Source: Candidatus Bathyarchaeota archaeon
Lineage (GTDB): Archaea > Thermoproteota > Bathyarchaeia > 40CM-2-53-6
Direction of reading: 5' to 3'
DNA length: 64,000 nt
NCBI GenBank assembly: GCA_963733055.1
Contig: CAVTBR010000001.1
Location: forward strand, 992,001 to 1,056,000
This document shows positions 11,205-21,678 of the stretch, one piece after another. Below the pieces are notes generated by a model. The model saw only the letters and a program-made list of their open reading frames with translations. It made no database searches and had not been told where the DNA came from. Numbering within the stretch: the first letter of the stretch is position 1; every line of letters begins with the position of its first letter. Made by a program: the position numbers and the translations under genes.

Positions 11205-11450
11205 ATGGAGTTACCATACAGCCTGAGTTTGTAGGTTTTGTTTACTTGCGTCAGTACTGCTTAGACACGCGCCTTGTGACCACAGTCGGGGTAGAATATT
11301 CGCAAACAGAAAAAATGCGGCGAGAACAAGCGATTGGTTCTGATTCAGAACGCAACTCGTAAAGATGTGGATACTAAATAACCAGTGCACGTCAAAAGGA
11401 CTGCCTAGCTTTGCTCGAAATAGAGAGGCTCAATAATAGATGATTGTGAA

Positions 11451-13250
11451 TTGAGTGAGCGATTAGGCGGTTTTGATGCTCGTGCTGGCTTTCATTATCT
11501 GAGAAAGTGGGTTCTCGTAGCAATTGCCACTGGCATTGTCGCTGGTCTCGGCGCATTAGTTCTAATTCAAGGAATAGATTTCTTCACGAAATTATTCCTA
11601 GTGGGAATAGTTGGATATGCGCCACCGCTACCCGGTGGCGAGACACAAACTAATCTGATTACCATCGTCATCGCTCGGCCCTGGCTAATACCAGTCTCCA
11701 CGGCTCTGGGGGGATTGCTGAGTGGCATATTGGTTGCGAAGTTAGCACCTGAAGCTAAGGGTGTTGGAACAGACGCTGCGATAGGCGAGTTCCATAAGGG
11801 GCATGCTCTGATTCGGACTCGCGTACCACTCGTTAAACTCCTCACCTCCGCCATCACGATAGGTTCAGGGGGGACCTCTGGACGTGAAGGACCAATAGCC
11901 CAGATAGGCGCTGGTTTGGGCACTCAAATTGCGAAGGCATTCAAGCTTACCGAGCGTGAGAGGAGAATCGCTCTCGCAGCGGGACTCGGAGCGGGTATTG
12001 CTGCGATCTTCAAGGCTCCCCTTGCTGGGGCGATTCTGAGTGGCGAGATATTCTACAAGCACGATTTTGAAGCAGAAGCCATGATTCCAGGATTCATAGC
12101 CTCAACAGTTAGCTATACAATCGTAGGCTTCGTGACAGGATGGCAACCAATCTTCAGTACCGGAGTCACGCCAGTAGCATTCATACATCCCGAGGCACTG
12201 CTCCTCTATGGATTGCTAGGAGTCGTATGTGCGGCGTTCGCGCACTTGCTCTTCAAAGTTTACTTCAAGGTTCACGACGTCTTCGAGAACATTCGAATAC
12301 CCACCTTCACCAAGCCCGCGATTGGCGGGCTTTTAGCAGGAGTCATCGGCATTTACGTACCTTCTGTTCTGGGCGTAGGTTATGGCTGGGCGCAACTTGC
12401 GCTTAACCAGAACTACCAAGTTCTACCCCCGACAATAATGCTGCTTGCGATTTTCGCCGAAATATTTGCTATGTCGTTTACATTGGGCTCAGGTGGCAGT
12501 GGAGGATTATTCGGCCCCTGCGTGGTTACAGGAACAATGATCGGTGCTGCTTTCGGCTATTATGCGCATCAAGCGTTTCCCGCAACTGTGACAAACCCCT
12601 CAAACTATGCCATTGTTGGAATGATGGCTTTCTTCGGTGGTGCAGCGAAGTCGCCCTTGGCAGTTATCGTAATGATCGCAGAGATGACTGGTGGGTATGG
12701 TTTGCTCGCGCCATCGATGGTCGCCGTGGTTGTTGCATACTTACTCACTGGGAGTTCGAGCATATTCTACAATCAAGTGGACAGTGTTGAAGAATCTCCT
12801 GCTCACATTGAAGAGTATGAGACATTAGCTCTGAAGAGGATTACGGTCGCTGACGTTATGACAAGAAACGTAGTATCGATAAAACCAACCGTTAGTGTTC
12901 AAGTAGCTCTAGACTTGATGGAGGCGAACCTTGTAGGCGGCTTGCCAGTATTAATGAACGACAGATTGGTTGGGTTGGTTACAAAGACTGACATACTGAA
13001 AGTTGAAACCTCAAACCGCGCAGAAAAGACCGTTAATGACGTCATGACGGTGCAGTTACTTGTCGCGTCGCCTGAAGAAGACCTATTCTCGGCTTTAACG
13101 AGAATGATGAGCAGAGGCGTAGGCAGACTCCCTGTCGTTCCGACAGACGACCAAGAGGCAATGATCGGCATAATCACGCGCACCGACATCGCAAAGGCAA
13201 TCGAAAAACACCATCTTACCCAATCCTCTTTGAGCGAGAAGAAAGAATAG
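11451..13250 (+). CDS. ClC family chloride channel/antiporter with C-terminal CBS pair
   Basis: GREGP (gating Glu present), GGLFGP, two CBS repeats. Confidence 0.93.
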   Translation: MSERLGGFDARAGFHYLRKWVLVAIATGIVAGLGALVLIQGIDFFTKLFLVGIVGYAPPLPGGETQTNLITIVIARPWLIPVSTALGGLLSGILVAKLAPEAKGVGTDAAIGEFHKGHALIRTRVPLVKLLTSAITIGSGGTSGREGPIAQIGAGLGTQIAKAFKLTERERRIALAAGLGAGIAAIFKAPLAGAILSGEIFYKHDFEAEAMIPGFIASTVSYTIVGFVTGWQPIFSTGVTPVAFIHPEALLLYGLLGVVCAAFAHLLFKVYFKVHDVFENIRIPTFTKPAIGGLLAGVIGIYVPSVLGVGYGWAQLALNQNYQVLPPTIMLLAIFAEIFAMSFTLGSGGSGGLFGPCVVTGTMIGAAFGYYAHQAFPATVTNPSNYAIVGMMAFFGGAAKSPLAVIVMIAEMTGGYGLLAPSMVAVVVAYLLTGSSSIFYNQVDSVEESPAHIEEYETLALKRITVADVMTRNVVSIKPTVSVQVALDLMEANLVGGLPVLMNDRLVGLVTKTDILKVETSNRAEKTVNDVMTVQLLVASPEEDLFSALTRMMSRGVGRLPVVPTDDQEAMIGIITRTDIAKAIEKHHLTQSSLSEKKE

Positions 13251-13402
13251 AGTGAACTGATTGCCAAGAACATGAAGAGGTTTCAAAGGATCATCGATTC
13301 GTAACAACCGGAACAGGACTCGCGTCAAGCGGAGACATGGTTCGTCATCATGATAAAGGAGAATACTTGCACTCGAACACTTTTCTGGAATATATTATTA
13401 GT

Positions 13403-13999
13403 CTAGACTGCCTTGGATGATCTTAGCAGTTCCCTTAGTTCTCGTGTGAGTTTCAATAGTTCTTCGAACTGTTTGTCGGTCATGACTATGTATTTGGCGA
13501 AGCTGAGCATGCAGGATTTGGTGAAGTAGTCTACTCCTTCCAAGCCATCAATCCGTGCCTCTAGGTCGGCGTCGTAGCCCATGGATTCTATCTTCTGTTG
13601 TACGTGAGCTAGTCTCGAAACGTTTGCATCATCCACTCTCGGTGAGAGGCCCAATTTCCCTATTGCCTGAAGGGCTTCTCTTGCCCGTTTCTCGCCGTGC
13701 TGCTTCTCCCCTTCCTCTCCATAGGTGAGGTAGAAGATTTCGGCGCTGGCTCGATAGTAAGTTTCCACGTAGTGATCTACTCGTTCTTCTCGAGCGATCT
13801 CGATTAGCTCTGCTTCCATTAGTTTGTGAACTTGGTGATAGATTGCCGCCGGGCTTTTTTGAAGCTCATCGGCGATTTGACTGACCGTCCGCTCCTTAGC
13901 CCGCAGGAGGTGTATGATTCGACGTCTGGTCTCATCAGCCATAAGCTCGAATGCGTCTGGGTTTTTCACGACTTTGAATGATCTCACGGGTGAACCCAC
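13403..13999 (-). CDS. ArsR-family winged-helix transcriptional regulator
   Basis: MADETRRRIIHLLRAKERTVSQIA...IYHQVHKL...YYRA. Confidence 0.88.
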   Translation of the reverse strand: MGSPVRSFKVVKNPDAFELMADETRRRIIHLLRAKERTVSQIADELQKSPAAIYHQVHKLMEAELIEIAREERVDHYVETYYRASAEIFYLTYGEEGEKQHGEKRAREALQAIGKLGLSPRVDDANVSRLAHVQQKIESMGYDADLEARIDGLEGVDYFTKSCMLSFAKYIVMTDKQFEELLKLTRELRELLRSSKAV

Positions 14000-14114
14000 A
14001 CTCGTTTTGCCATCTGGTTTATTACGACTTGCTTGAGAACACTACTATTACGTTATGATTGATTCAAACGCAGATTTTATTAACCCTCATCTGTATACAA
14101 CTAGTGAAGTAGCT

Positions 14115-15224
14115 ATGCAAGCCCAAGCAACATCCCAATGGTCGGGCATCGCCGAGAATATCGTAAAGCACGCGCTACGTATCCGCACAGACGACGTTGT
14201 AACAATAAGCGCCGCGAAGCATATGCTGGACATGGCAGACGAGGTCGCTCGCCAGTGTCGGCTTGCCGGCGCGGAGACGGCAACCGCACTCTGGAGTGAA
14301 CAGCTATGGATTTGGTCAATCGAAAACCTTCCAATGGAATGGCTCAGAACCCCTAACAAGGTCGATCTTACGATGCTAGACGTTGCAACCGCCACGATCA
14401 GCATGAATAGCATGGTTGACCCGACTCCGATGTCACGTATACCCGGGGAACGATGGGCGGCGAATTCAGACGGGGCGAACCCATACTACAAAAAGTCTCT
14501 TGAACGACACCTAAGAACGGCGAACGTTAACCTCAGTCTAGTAACCTCCCCGCGAGCGGCAGCCTATGGAATTCAATTTAACGAATGGAAACAGAATGTT
14601 GAAGATTCCTTAACAACCGACTTCTCGCAGCTGCAAACCAGTGGAAAGAAACTCGCCAGTACAATTAACGGTTCAAGTGCACAGGTTCAAGTGGCATCAA
14701 GGAACGGAACGAACGTCACATTCCAGCTCGCCAAGCGAAAGTCCAAAAACGATGACGGCGTCCTTGATGAGGAAGATCTAGCCGCGGGAACATACGAGAC
14801 AAACCTCCCCGCTGGCCACCTACGAGTCGCCCCAAGTGAAGAAAGTGCAAACGGAAGAGTCACATTCGATCTACCCGTATTGTTTGCGGGAAAACGCATT
14901 GAGAATGTCAGCTGGGTTCTGAAGGACGGTAACGTGACCGAGTTCACAGCATCAAAGAACGCTGAACTGGTTTTGAATTTATGGAAGAAATCGACGGGGG
15001 ACAAGGGCAAGTTTGGCTGGTTCGGATTAGGATTCAACCCCGCAACACGAATAGGGCTCATGAATGACCCGAACGTATCCGGCGCAGTCACCCTCGGAAT
15101 AGGAGAGAACACAGATCTGGGTGGGAGAAACCAGAGCACGTTCGGCTTCCAAGGCACAATCAGTAAAGCGACGGTCACGGTGGATGGCAGGGTCATAATC
15201 AAAGACGGAACATTAGAAATCTGA
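14115..15224 (+). CDS. M29 (aminopeptidase T/leucyl aminopeptidase)-like protein with metal ligands substituted
   Basis: NLPAGxxxxAP, ANG, GxGxNP and TVTVDG motifs present; canonical E/H/D ligands replaced. Confidence 0.8.
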   Translation: MQAQATSQWSGIAENIVKHALRIRTDDVVTISAAKHMLDMADEVARQCRLAGAETATALWSEQLWIWSIENLPMEWLRTPNKVDLTMLDVATATISMNSMVDPTPMSRIPGERWAANSDGANPYYKKSLERHLRTANVNLSLVTSPRAAAYGIQFNEWKQNVEDSLTTDFSQLQTSGKKLASTINGSSAQVQVASRNGTNVTFQLAKRKSKNDDGVLDEEDLAAGTYETNLPAGHLRVAPSEESANGRVTFDLPVLFAGKRIENVSWVLKDGNVTEFTASKNAELVLNLWKKSTGDKGKFGWFGLGFNPATRIGLMNDPNVSGAVTLGIGENTDLGGRNQSTFGFQGTISKATVTVDGRVIIKDGTLEI

Positions 15225-15239
15225 AACCTCCGAATCCAG

Positions 15240-16292
15240 GTGAATTCGGTGCGGTACAAGTTACTGGGTAACAGCGGACTACGTGTCTCAGAACTATGCT
15301 TGGGAACAATGACGTTTGGTGAGGATTGGGGCTGGGGAGCACCGAAGGCTGAGTGTGAGAAGATTTTTCGTACATTCGTTGAAGCCAACGGCAACTTCAT
15401 CGACACCTCCTGCAACTACACGAACGGCACCAGCGAAAAATTCGTGGGAGAATTCACAGCCGGCGACCGTGACAGGTTCGTAGTTGCAACCAAATATTCA
15501 CTGAATGTGCGAAGCAAGGATCCTAACGCGGGGGGCAACCATCGGAAGAACCTCCTCCACTCTCTAAAAGCCAGCCTAGAGAGGTTGCAAACCGACTACG
15601 TTGACCTGCTATGGCTGCATATGTGGGATTCGATGACGCCGGTGGAGGAGGTAATGCGATCCCTCGACGATGTCGTCAGTGCGGGAAAGGTTCGGTACGT
15701 AGGTGTCTCCGATACCCCCGCTTGGGTAATTGCCCGCGCAAACACAATGGCCGAACTTCGAGGCTGGACACCATTTGTGGCGCTACAGGTTCCATACAAC
15801 CTTTCCAATCGTGATGTTGAACGTGAACTAACCCCAATGGCCCGGTCGAGTGGGTTGGCGGTTTGCACGTGGGCCCCGCTCGCACAGGGCCTATTCACGG
15901 GTAAGTACAGCAAAGGGACTAACGGTCAGCACCCGGGAAGGCTTTCCCAACCCGATTGGGGAATCTCAGAAAGATCAAAGAAAATCGCGTCCCAGCTCGA
16001 CCTGATGGCAAAAGACTTCGATCAAAGCTCAACGCACGTTGCGTTGAACTGGCTACGCCAACAGAAAGGAACAACCATACCCATCATAGGTGCGACAAAC
16101 GCCTCGCAGATGAAGGAAAACCTCGGATGCCTTGATTTCCGGCTTACGGAAGAGCAGATGAAACAGTTGAATGATATGAGCCGGATAGAGTTTGGATTTC
16201 CACGTGATTTTCTTGAGAACGACGAAGTGAGAGCGTTCATCTTCGGAGAAACCTTCCCCCTAATCGACGCCGCAAACGGTCAAAGCCCATGA
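15240..16292 (+). CDS. Aldo/keto reductase
   Basis: SGLRVSELCLGTMTFG, FIDT, ATK, SLERLQTDYVDL. Confidence 0.95.
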   Translation: MNSVRYKLLGNSGLRVSELCLGTMTFGEDWGWGAPKAECEKIFRTFVEANGNFIDTSCNYTNGTSEKFVGEFTAGDRDRFVVATKYSLNVRSKDPNAGGNHRKNLLHSLKASLERLQTDYVDLLWLHMWDSMTPVEEVMRSLDDVVSAGKVRYVGVSDTPAWVIARANTMAELRGWTPFVALQVPYNLSNRDVERELTPMARSSGLAVCTWAPLAQGLFTGKYSKGTNGQHPGRLSQPDWGISERSKKIASQLDLMAKDFDQSSTHVALNWLRQQKGTTIPIIGATNASQMKENLGCLDFRLTEEQMKQLNDMSRIEFGFPRDFLENDEVRAFIFGETFPLIDAANGQSP

Positions 16293-16735
16293 ACTTCACG
16301 CAGGACCAAAGGTCCTTCCTCGCAAGACAGTACGTAGCACGAATATCCACTGCCACCAGCCAATCGATTCCGCACGTCAGCCCAGTATATTTCGTCGCTA
16401 ACGCGGATTCGATTTTCATAGCGACCGGAAAGACCACAACCAAGTTCAAGGATTTGACCGAGAACCCGACCGCAAGCATCGTCGTTGACGAATTCGACGC
16501 AGACTGGCTACACGGCGGAAAGGGGTACGCATCGAAAGAACGAGCAATCATTGTCCTAGGCAAGGCCACCATCTTAGAAGAGGGCGACGACTACCGGACG
16601 CTACATTCCTCATTCCTAGAGAAATACCCCGACTTCAAAGCCGTACCAACCAAGCTTGGGAAACCGCCGATCATAAGGGTGGAAGCAGAAAAGATATGGG
16701 ACCACCGCTTCTCCTCGACAGGACAAGCCCAGTAA
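16289..16735 (+). CDS. Pyridoxamine 5'-phosphate oxidase-like (split-barrel flavin/F420-binding) protein
   Basis: VARISTA...PHVSPVYF...KFKDLTENP.ASIVVD. Confidence 0.85.
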   Translation: MNFTQDQRSFLARQYVARISTATSQSIPHVSPVYFVANADSIFIATGKTTTKFKDLTENPTASIVVDEFDADWLHGGKGYASKERAIIVLGKATILEEGDDYRTLHSSFLEKYPDFKAVPTKLGKPPIIRVEAEKIWDHRFSSTGQAQ

Positions 16736-16927
16736 GCTCGTTCCTTAACCAGGCACGGTAGCCTTCTGGCATAGCATCGCGCGCTCTTTGACGGTCCGCG
16801 ACAGTTTGCATAACTCTCTCGTTGGGCTGAGACGAGTTCTGTTTAGCGATTTCGGAACTATAAGGCATAAAGCTTACAGGAAAAACCGAATGAAGAGTGA
16901 TAACGTTCATCGCGAGGTAGAGTCGAA

Positions 16928-17440
16928 ATGAAATGGGTGACACGTGAGAACGTTCATGTTGATAGAGTGGCATGCCCGTGGTTGATCAAGCGCTTCGTCG
17001 ATCTACAAGCCGAGTTTCTGTTCGTTCCCCTCGACAAGGTTGCTGAAGCGGCCGAAAAGGACGGAGCGATACCGTATGACGCTAAGGGAGTGGAACTGGG
17101 ACACCACGGGGATAAGTGTAGCTTCGACGCGATCATCGAAAAATACAAACTTACAGACCCAGCCCTACTTGAGCTGGCGAAGATCGTCCGCACGGCGGAC
17201 ACGGATAGGTTCGATTTAGCGGCCGAGAGCGTAGGTCTGGAGGCAATCGCCTCTGGTTCCATGATGCTCGCGAAAGACGACCACGAAGCCATCGAGAAGC
17301 AGTCATACCTCTACGATTCACTCTACGCATACTGCAAACTCCGACTAATCAAACAGAAATATGGGAAGGAAATTGAAAAGTTCGAACCGAAGCAGCGCAG
17401 GGAATTCCTTAGGGAAAAAGTAAAGGAACAATCAGTGTAG
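16928..17440 (+). CDS. chrB: ChrB-domain (chromate resistance) protein
   Basis: MKWVTRE..HVDRVACPWLIKRFVD, H.GDKCSFDA. Confidence 0.88.
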   Translation: MKWVTRENVHVDRVACPWLIKRFVDLQAEFLFVPLDKVAEAAEKDGAIPYDAKGVELGHHGDKCSFDAIIEKYKLTDPALLELAKIVRTADTDRFDLAAESVGLEAIASGSMMLAKDDHEAIEKQSYLYDSLYAYCKLRLIKQKYGKEIEKFEPKQRREFLREKVKEQSV

Positions 17441-17523
17441 CTTCAGATTCTAGAATGAACTTGATTGCGTCCTTACCTTTGCTCATTAGCAATTCAATAA
17501 TTGGGTTGATGGAGGTTCTGGTT

Positions 17524-18207
17524 CTATTGGTGCTGAGGCACTGAGTGAGTTTTCCTTCTTACCAGGAGGACCAACGTAAGTATCAGCAGAACGGCAAGAA
17601 CTGCGGCGATAACTTCGTACGGGTTGTTCGAGCTGGGGGGTGGGCTCGTCATCTCGACTGTGGGTTGTGTTGTCGTTGGAAGCGTTGCCGTTGAGAGGGT
17701 TGAGCTCACTGGAGTAGTAGATGTGACCGTGTTATTGCCAGTCTGAGGTTGAGCGGGTTGTCCCACTTGAATTGTCTGAGATGCTTGGACTTTGTAGTCG
17801 AGGCCAAGGGCGTCATCTTCCGATATGAACATGTAGACGATGAATTGAAGTTGCCAAGGCCCTGACTTCGTAGGGGCAGTTATTTGATTGGCCACTGTAA
17901 ACGTGAAGGGCTTCCCATTGTTAGGGACAAATCCGTTTTGAGTGAAATTGGAGGCGAGGACTCGGTTCATGCCGTTTTCGACATCGAATCTTGCCGTAAG
18001 GTGGTAGTTGTTGGCCACAGGGCAGACGGCCGGCATTGAAATGGAAACCATGAATTGTTCGCCGGGATTCACGTGATTGGGGTAATTGTAGGCGACGTTG
18101 GAATATTGGCAGGTGGGGCCGAAAGCGTATATCCGTGAAAGAAACGTGGTCGATGTAGTCAACAAAATCAAGGCGGTCAGAGCGATTATGGTTGGGATTC
18201 TACGCAT
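17524..18207 (-). CDS. Hypothetical surface protein (signal peptide, Ig-like domain, Thr-rich linker, C-terminal TM)
   Basis: Domain layout from translation; paralog of 37067..37786. Confidence 0.8.
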   Translation of the reverse strand: MRRIPTIIALTALILLTTSTTFLSRIYAFGPTCQYSNVAYNYPNHVNPGEQFMVSISMPAVCPVANNYHLTARFDVENGMNRVLASNFTQNGFVPNNGKPFTFTVANQITAPTKSGPWQLQFIVYMFISEDDALGLDYKVQASQTIQVGQPAQPQTGNNTVTSTTPVSSTLSTATLPTTTQPTVEMTSPPPSSNNPYEVIAAVLAVLLILTLVLLVRRKTHSVPQHQ

Positions 18208-18340
18208 CTCGACCTACTACTCCGATGGGTCTTTGGTTCTCGATCGTATTATTCTCAAAAAAACCAGGAACTGCACAACGGTCAGGCTCATGATAATTCA
18301 TGGTCCTGGTCGTGCAGAGTTGGGAATTTTATTGAGTCGT

Positions 18341-18928
18341 TTATGGGGCGGGTGGAGGGTTGGTGGGTTGAATTGAGGTTACGCTGATTGAGTTGGTTGG
18401 ACAGGCACTGTTCGACTGTGAACTGAAGCTAGTGGTTAGGGACAGTTGGCCTTTCACGACCACCCAGCTTCCTATGGATGGGTATGAGGAAGGAAGGCTT
18501 TGCAATGCGTAGTGGTCGTAGGCTGGCTGTTGGACCGTGTCGGTTGGAACTGCTAGCACCACGCATCCGTTCGGCCCTTGCATCAAGTATCCATCGCATT
18601 GAACAGCATTGCCTTGTCCCGTGCCTTGACAAGCGTCGTAAGTGTAGGGCCAATTGCAGCCGTAACTGTTCCCCCCGGAACCGCAGTTCAATTGATTTGC
18701 GGCCCCGTTGCCTGTGTTGCTAGCGCCGACGGCAACGGTCTGAATGGCCTGATTGTTTACTGTGCTGACTGAGGTGACGGTTGTGGTTCCCATCTGAGTA
18801 TTGGTGACGTACTGCTGCCCTGTCACCGTCATCGCATTCGGATTCAGGGCGTTATACCCCACGTAACCTAAGCTCAATACAATTACTAGACCGACTCCAA
18901 GAACGCCGAGAGCTAACTTGCTTAACAT
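18341..18928 (-). CDS. Membrane-anchored Cys-rich hypothetical protein
   Basis: N-terminal TM, Thr-rich stalk, six Cys, possible OB-like C-terminus (WVVVKGQL...ISVTSI). Confidence 0.8.
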   Translation of the reverse strand: MLSKLALGVLGVGLVIVLSLGYVGYNALNPNAMTVTGQQYVTNTQMGTTTVTSVSTVNNQAIQTVAVGASNTGNGAANQLNCGSGGNSYGCNWPYTYDACQGTGQGNAVQCDGYLMQGPNGCVVLAVPTDTVQQPAYDHYALQSLPSSYPSIGSWVVVKGQLSLTTSFSSQSNSACPTNSISVTSIQPTNPPPAP

Positions 18929-18960
18929 TTTTCTTCTCTAATAACGCCCGTGGAAGTTGT

Positions 18961-19006
18961 GTTAAGATTACTTCCACCAAGTGGAAACATCATGAAACGG
19001 GTGGAA
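18961..19006 (-). promoter_or_regulatory. TTCYAC-box promoter: TTCCAC-ttg-GTGGAA-N6-TTAAC plus an extra box 20 bp upstream
   Basis: Read from sequence, about 35 nt upstream of the start at 18928; same layout recurs elsewhere in the window. Confidence 0.7.
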
Positions 19007-19064
19007 ACGTGCACTTCCCAAGTTCCCGATGGTCATCGGTTTGAAACGTGACAGGATTGCTCAA

Positions 19065-19793
19065 TCAGCTGCATGTGGAAACCAATTCCAACAAACCGTT
19101 TTTCGTGATCTTTAGGGTTCTCCAGTCTGTGGAATGCTGAACGCCTTTCATACTTTTCAGCCTGATGACATTTTCCAGCTGCTCCCGTCTTCCCCGAAGA
19201 TCAAGCTCTATCACCCCGTCGGCGACTGCTTCGAGGTTAGCGTAGAATGCGTCGCTGTGAAAATGTTTCAGGAAACAGTACAACCTAATGCCCTTCATTT
19301 CTCTTATACGGCCAATGGTCTTGTCGAGCCATTGCATGAAGGCACGTTCGTCGTTATACTTGAGAAAGGCTGAGAGGTTCTCGCCAGCTACGAAGTCGTA
19401 GAGCGGCGAGTCGTCTCTCTGATATCCACTATCTTGAACGTTGAACTGCGCAAGCCCAAGCGAGTCCGCGGATTGCGGCTCAGTAGATTTCTTTCCAGTG
19501 CTCCAAGTGTACCAGTCTATCAACATCAACCGTTTCGCCGTCTCCAGTTCCTTCAGATTCGGCAGGATGGTGGCAAGCCGTTGCCTTATCTGCGCTGGTG
19601 CAGTGCTTGTTATTGTTATGCCGACAACGTGACCCTGTCGTAGAAGCTCTGAGGCGATCGTTAGGATAAGGGAGAGTCGCTGTGCCGAAGGTTCGTAGAA
19701 CAGAACAAGCAGATTACCTCTTGGTATAGGTGCCTTGAGAATGTCCGAGATGATTGGAAGGCGGAGAGTCTTCTCTTCGTTCATGTTGCCCAA
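19065..19793 (-). CDS. RAD55/KaiC-like RecA-fold protein with degenerate Walker A
   Basis: PIPRGNLLVLFYEPSAQR replaces GxPGxGK; IDWY, LEAVADGVIEL and IRLKSMKG are KaiC-type motifs. Confidence 0.82.
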   Translation of the reverse strand: MGNMNEEKTLRLPIISDILKAPIPRGNLLVLFYEPSAQRLSLILTIASELLRQGHVVGITITSTAPAQIRQRLATILPNLKELETAKRLMLIDWYTWSTGKKSTEPQSADSLGLAQFNVQDSGYQRDDSPLYDFVAGENLSAFLKYNDERAFMQWLDKTIGRIREMKGIRLYCFLKHFHSDAFYANLEAVADGVIELDLRGRREQLENVIRLKSMKGVQHSTDWRTLKITKNGLLELVSTCS

Positions 19794-19899
19794 CTAAAAT
19801 CAGCTGGGCTACGTTTTAACTGCGTTTCGGTGCGGCCGTTCTCTCCTCGTGTGTGGAGCTAGTATTGCGAGCACTCAAATTTGACCAGCGGTTTTAGCG

Positions 19900-20751
19900 T
19901 TAGTGTGAGAGTTTGGGGTAGAATAGGGGCATTCCTTTCTCGCCGACTTCCAACGCCCCTACGTGTGCTCCTCCGAGGTTAGAAAAGAATAGTCTGGTTC
20001 CGTTCGGTTCGAATGCAAGGTTTGTGGGTTGGTTGAGTATTTCTGCGGTTGGGTCCTTGATTAGTAGTTCCACGTTTTGGTCGGGGTAGATTACGTAGAT
20101 CCGGTTCGGGTAATAGCATGAGCAGTAAAGGTTACCGCTAGCCGCGAAAGCCAACCCATCAGGCACCGTCCCTGGGAGCTGCGCGTAGATTTCGGGCCGT
20201 CCGGCTCTTCCGTCACGCTCCAAGGGGATTCTCAGTATGTCAGAGGCGGTGGATTCAATCATGAAAACTGACCCGTCCTTGGGCGAGATAGCTAGGCCGT
20301 TTGCGTAATGCCAGTTACCCCCGATGAGTGAAGTGACTTCGCCATTGGGAGCGACCCGGATGAGTCTGCCGCTGGGCTGCCAGTACTCGCCCGAGTCCGA
20401 GAAGTAATAGTTCCCATCAGCGTCGAAGGATCCATAATTGGGCATCACCAACGGCCCGTCCGGTGCTCCTTTACAGAACGTGGCCACTTCGCCTTTCTGA
20501 TTCACCCTTTGCACGCATCGTTCTCCTGCGTTGCATAAGTAGACGTTGTGGTCTGCATCTGTTGCTACCCCTCCGACGAAGCCTTCCGTTTTCGCTAACT
20601 GCTTCAGATCGAATTTGGGTGGGGTCATAACGTATACCTGGCCCGCGAACCCGCCAGCATACAGCCGCCCATCAGACCCGAAGTTGATGCATTCAGAATG
20701 GTCGAGTCCGGTTCGGATGATTTCGACTTGATGCACGTTGTGGTGAGGCAT
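19900..20751 (-). CDS. SMP-30/gluconolactonase family protein
   Basis: DHSEC, PNY, YFSDS, ANGLA, PDGLAF, PTNLAF. Confidence 0.9.
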   Translation of the reverse strand: MPHHNVHQVEIIRTGLDHSECINFGSDGRLYAGGFAGQVYVMTPPKFDLKQLAKTEGFVGGVATDADHNVYLCNAGERCVQRVNQKGEVATFCKGAPDGPLVMPNYGSFDADGNYYFSDSGEYWQPSGRLIRVAPNGEVTSLIGGNWHYANGLAISPKDGSVFMIESTASDILRIPLERDGRAGRPEIYAQLPGTVPDGLAFAASGNLYCSCYYPNRIYVIYPDQNVELLIKDPTAEILNQPTNLAFEPNGTRLFFSNLGGAHVGALEVGEKGMPLFYPKLSH

Positions 20752-20897
20752 TGAAAATCGTCTCATAGGTTCTTTCATTCGCATTTGAATCTTTGTCGTC
20801 AGATCCCTTCCCAGGCTCTCGTGACAGAAGGGAACCAAATGGTTTTCATCTTTAACAGCTATAGGGTAAGTTCTGTGATTAGTTTAGGTGAATTTGA

Positions 20898-21662
20898 GTG
20901 AAGCTTCAAGGAAGGGTTGCGGTGATCACCGGGGGAACCGATGGAATCGGAAAGGCGATTGGGATCACATTCGCGAAGGAGGGAGCAAAAGTCATGCTGG
21001 TGGGACGAGATGAGAAGAAGGGTCGAACCGCGTTGGAAGAGGTTAGGAAATTCGGTGAGACTGCTTACTTCAGAGGAGATGTCTCAGATTCTTCGCACGT
21101 TAGAAGGATAGTCGACGAAGTGATTCAGAAATACGGTAGGATAGATATTCTGATCAATAATGCGGCCGTTTGTCCGCCCGGCAATGTTGTGACGACATCC
21201 GAGGAAACTTGGAATCAAGTCATTGACGTGAATTTGAAGGGAGTGTTTCTCTGCAGCAAATACATCATTCCCCATATGCAGAAAACTGGGGGCGGCGCGA
21301 TTGTGAACATCGGCTCGATCAATTCGTTAATGGCTATGGAGAACGAGGCAGCATACGACGCTTCGAAGGGAGGTGTGCTTATGCTTACGAGAGCGATGGC
21401 TCTGGATTTCGCGAAGGCGGGGATTAGGGTCAACTGCATCTGCCCCGGCGCAATCGAGACTCCCATGCTGAAGGCATCGCTTGATACCTCGCCGGATCCG
21501 AAGGCGGCGAGAGAATTGCTCACAGCAAAGCATCCCTTACGACGCACCGGAACTCCGGAGGAGGTAGCGCAGGCGGCTCTCTTCCTCGCAGCCGACGCGT
21601 CTTCATTTGTCACGGGTGCAGTAATTCCGGTAGACGGCGGCATCCTAGCCGGATGGACCTAG
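20898..21662 (+). CDS. Short-chain dehydrogenase/reductase
   Basis: TGGTDGIG, NNA, YDASK, RVNCICPG. Confidence 0.95.
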   Translation: MKLQGRVAVITGGTDGIGKAIGITFAKEGAKVMLVGRDEKKGRTALEEVRKFGETAYFRGDVSDSSHVRRIVDEVIQKYGRIDILINNAAVCPPGNVVTTSEETWNQVIDVNLKGVFLCSKYIIPHMQKTGGGAIVNIGSINSLMAMENEAAYDASKGGVLMLTRAMALDFAKAGIRVNCICPGAIETPMLKASLDTSPDPKAARELLTAKHPLRRTGTPEEVAQAALFLAADASSFVTGAVIPVDGGILAGWT

Positions 21663-21678
21663 AGGGACAGAATCCAGC

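Noticed and set aside
11060-11362. 100-aa plus-strand ORF from the ORF track
   Set aside because: No recognisable features; the opposite strand carries the KaiC-like remnant
14687-15415. Long antisense ORFs (this one and others such as 51220..51723 and 57876..58268)
   Set aside because: They are shadows of well-supported genes on the opposite strand
19065-19793. Circadian KaiC clock gene
   Set aside because: Single domain, no P-loop, no kaiA or kaiB nearby
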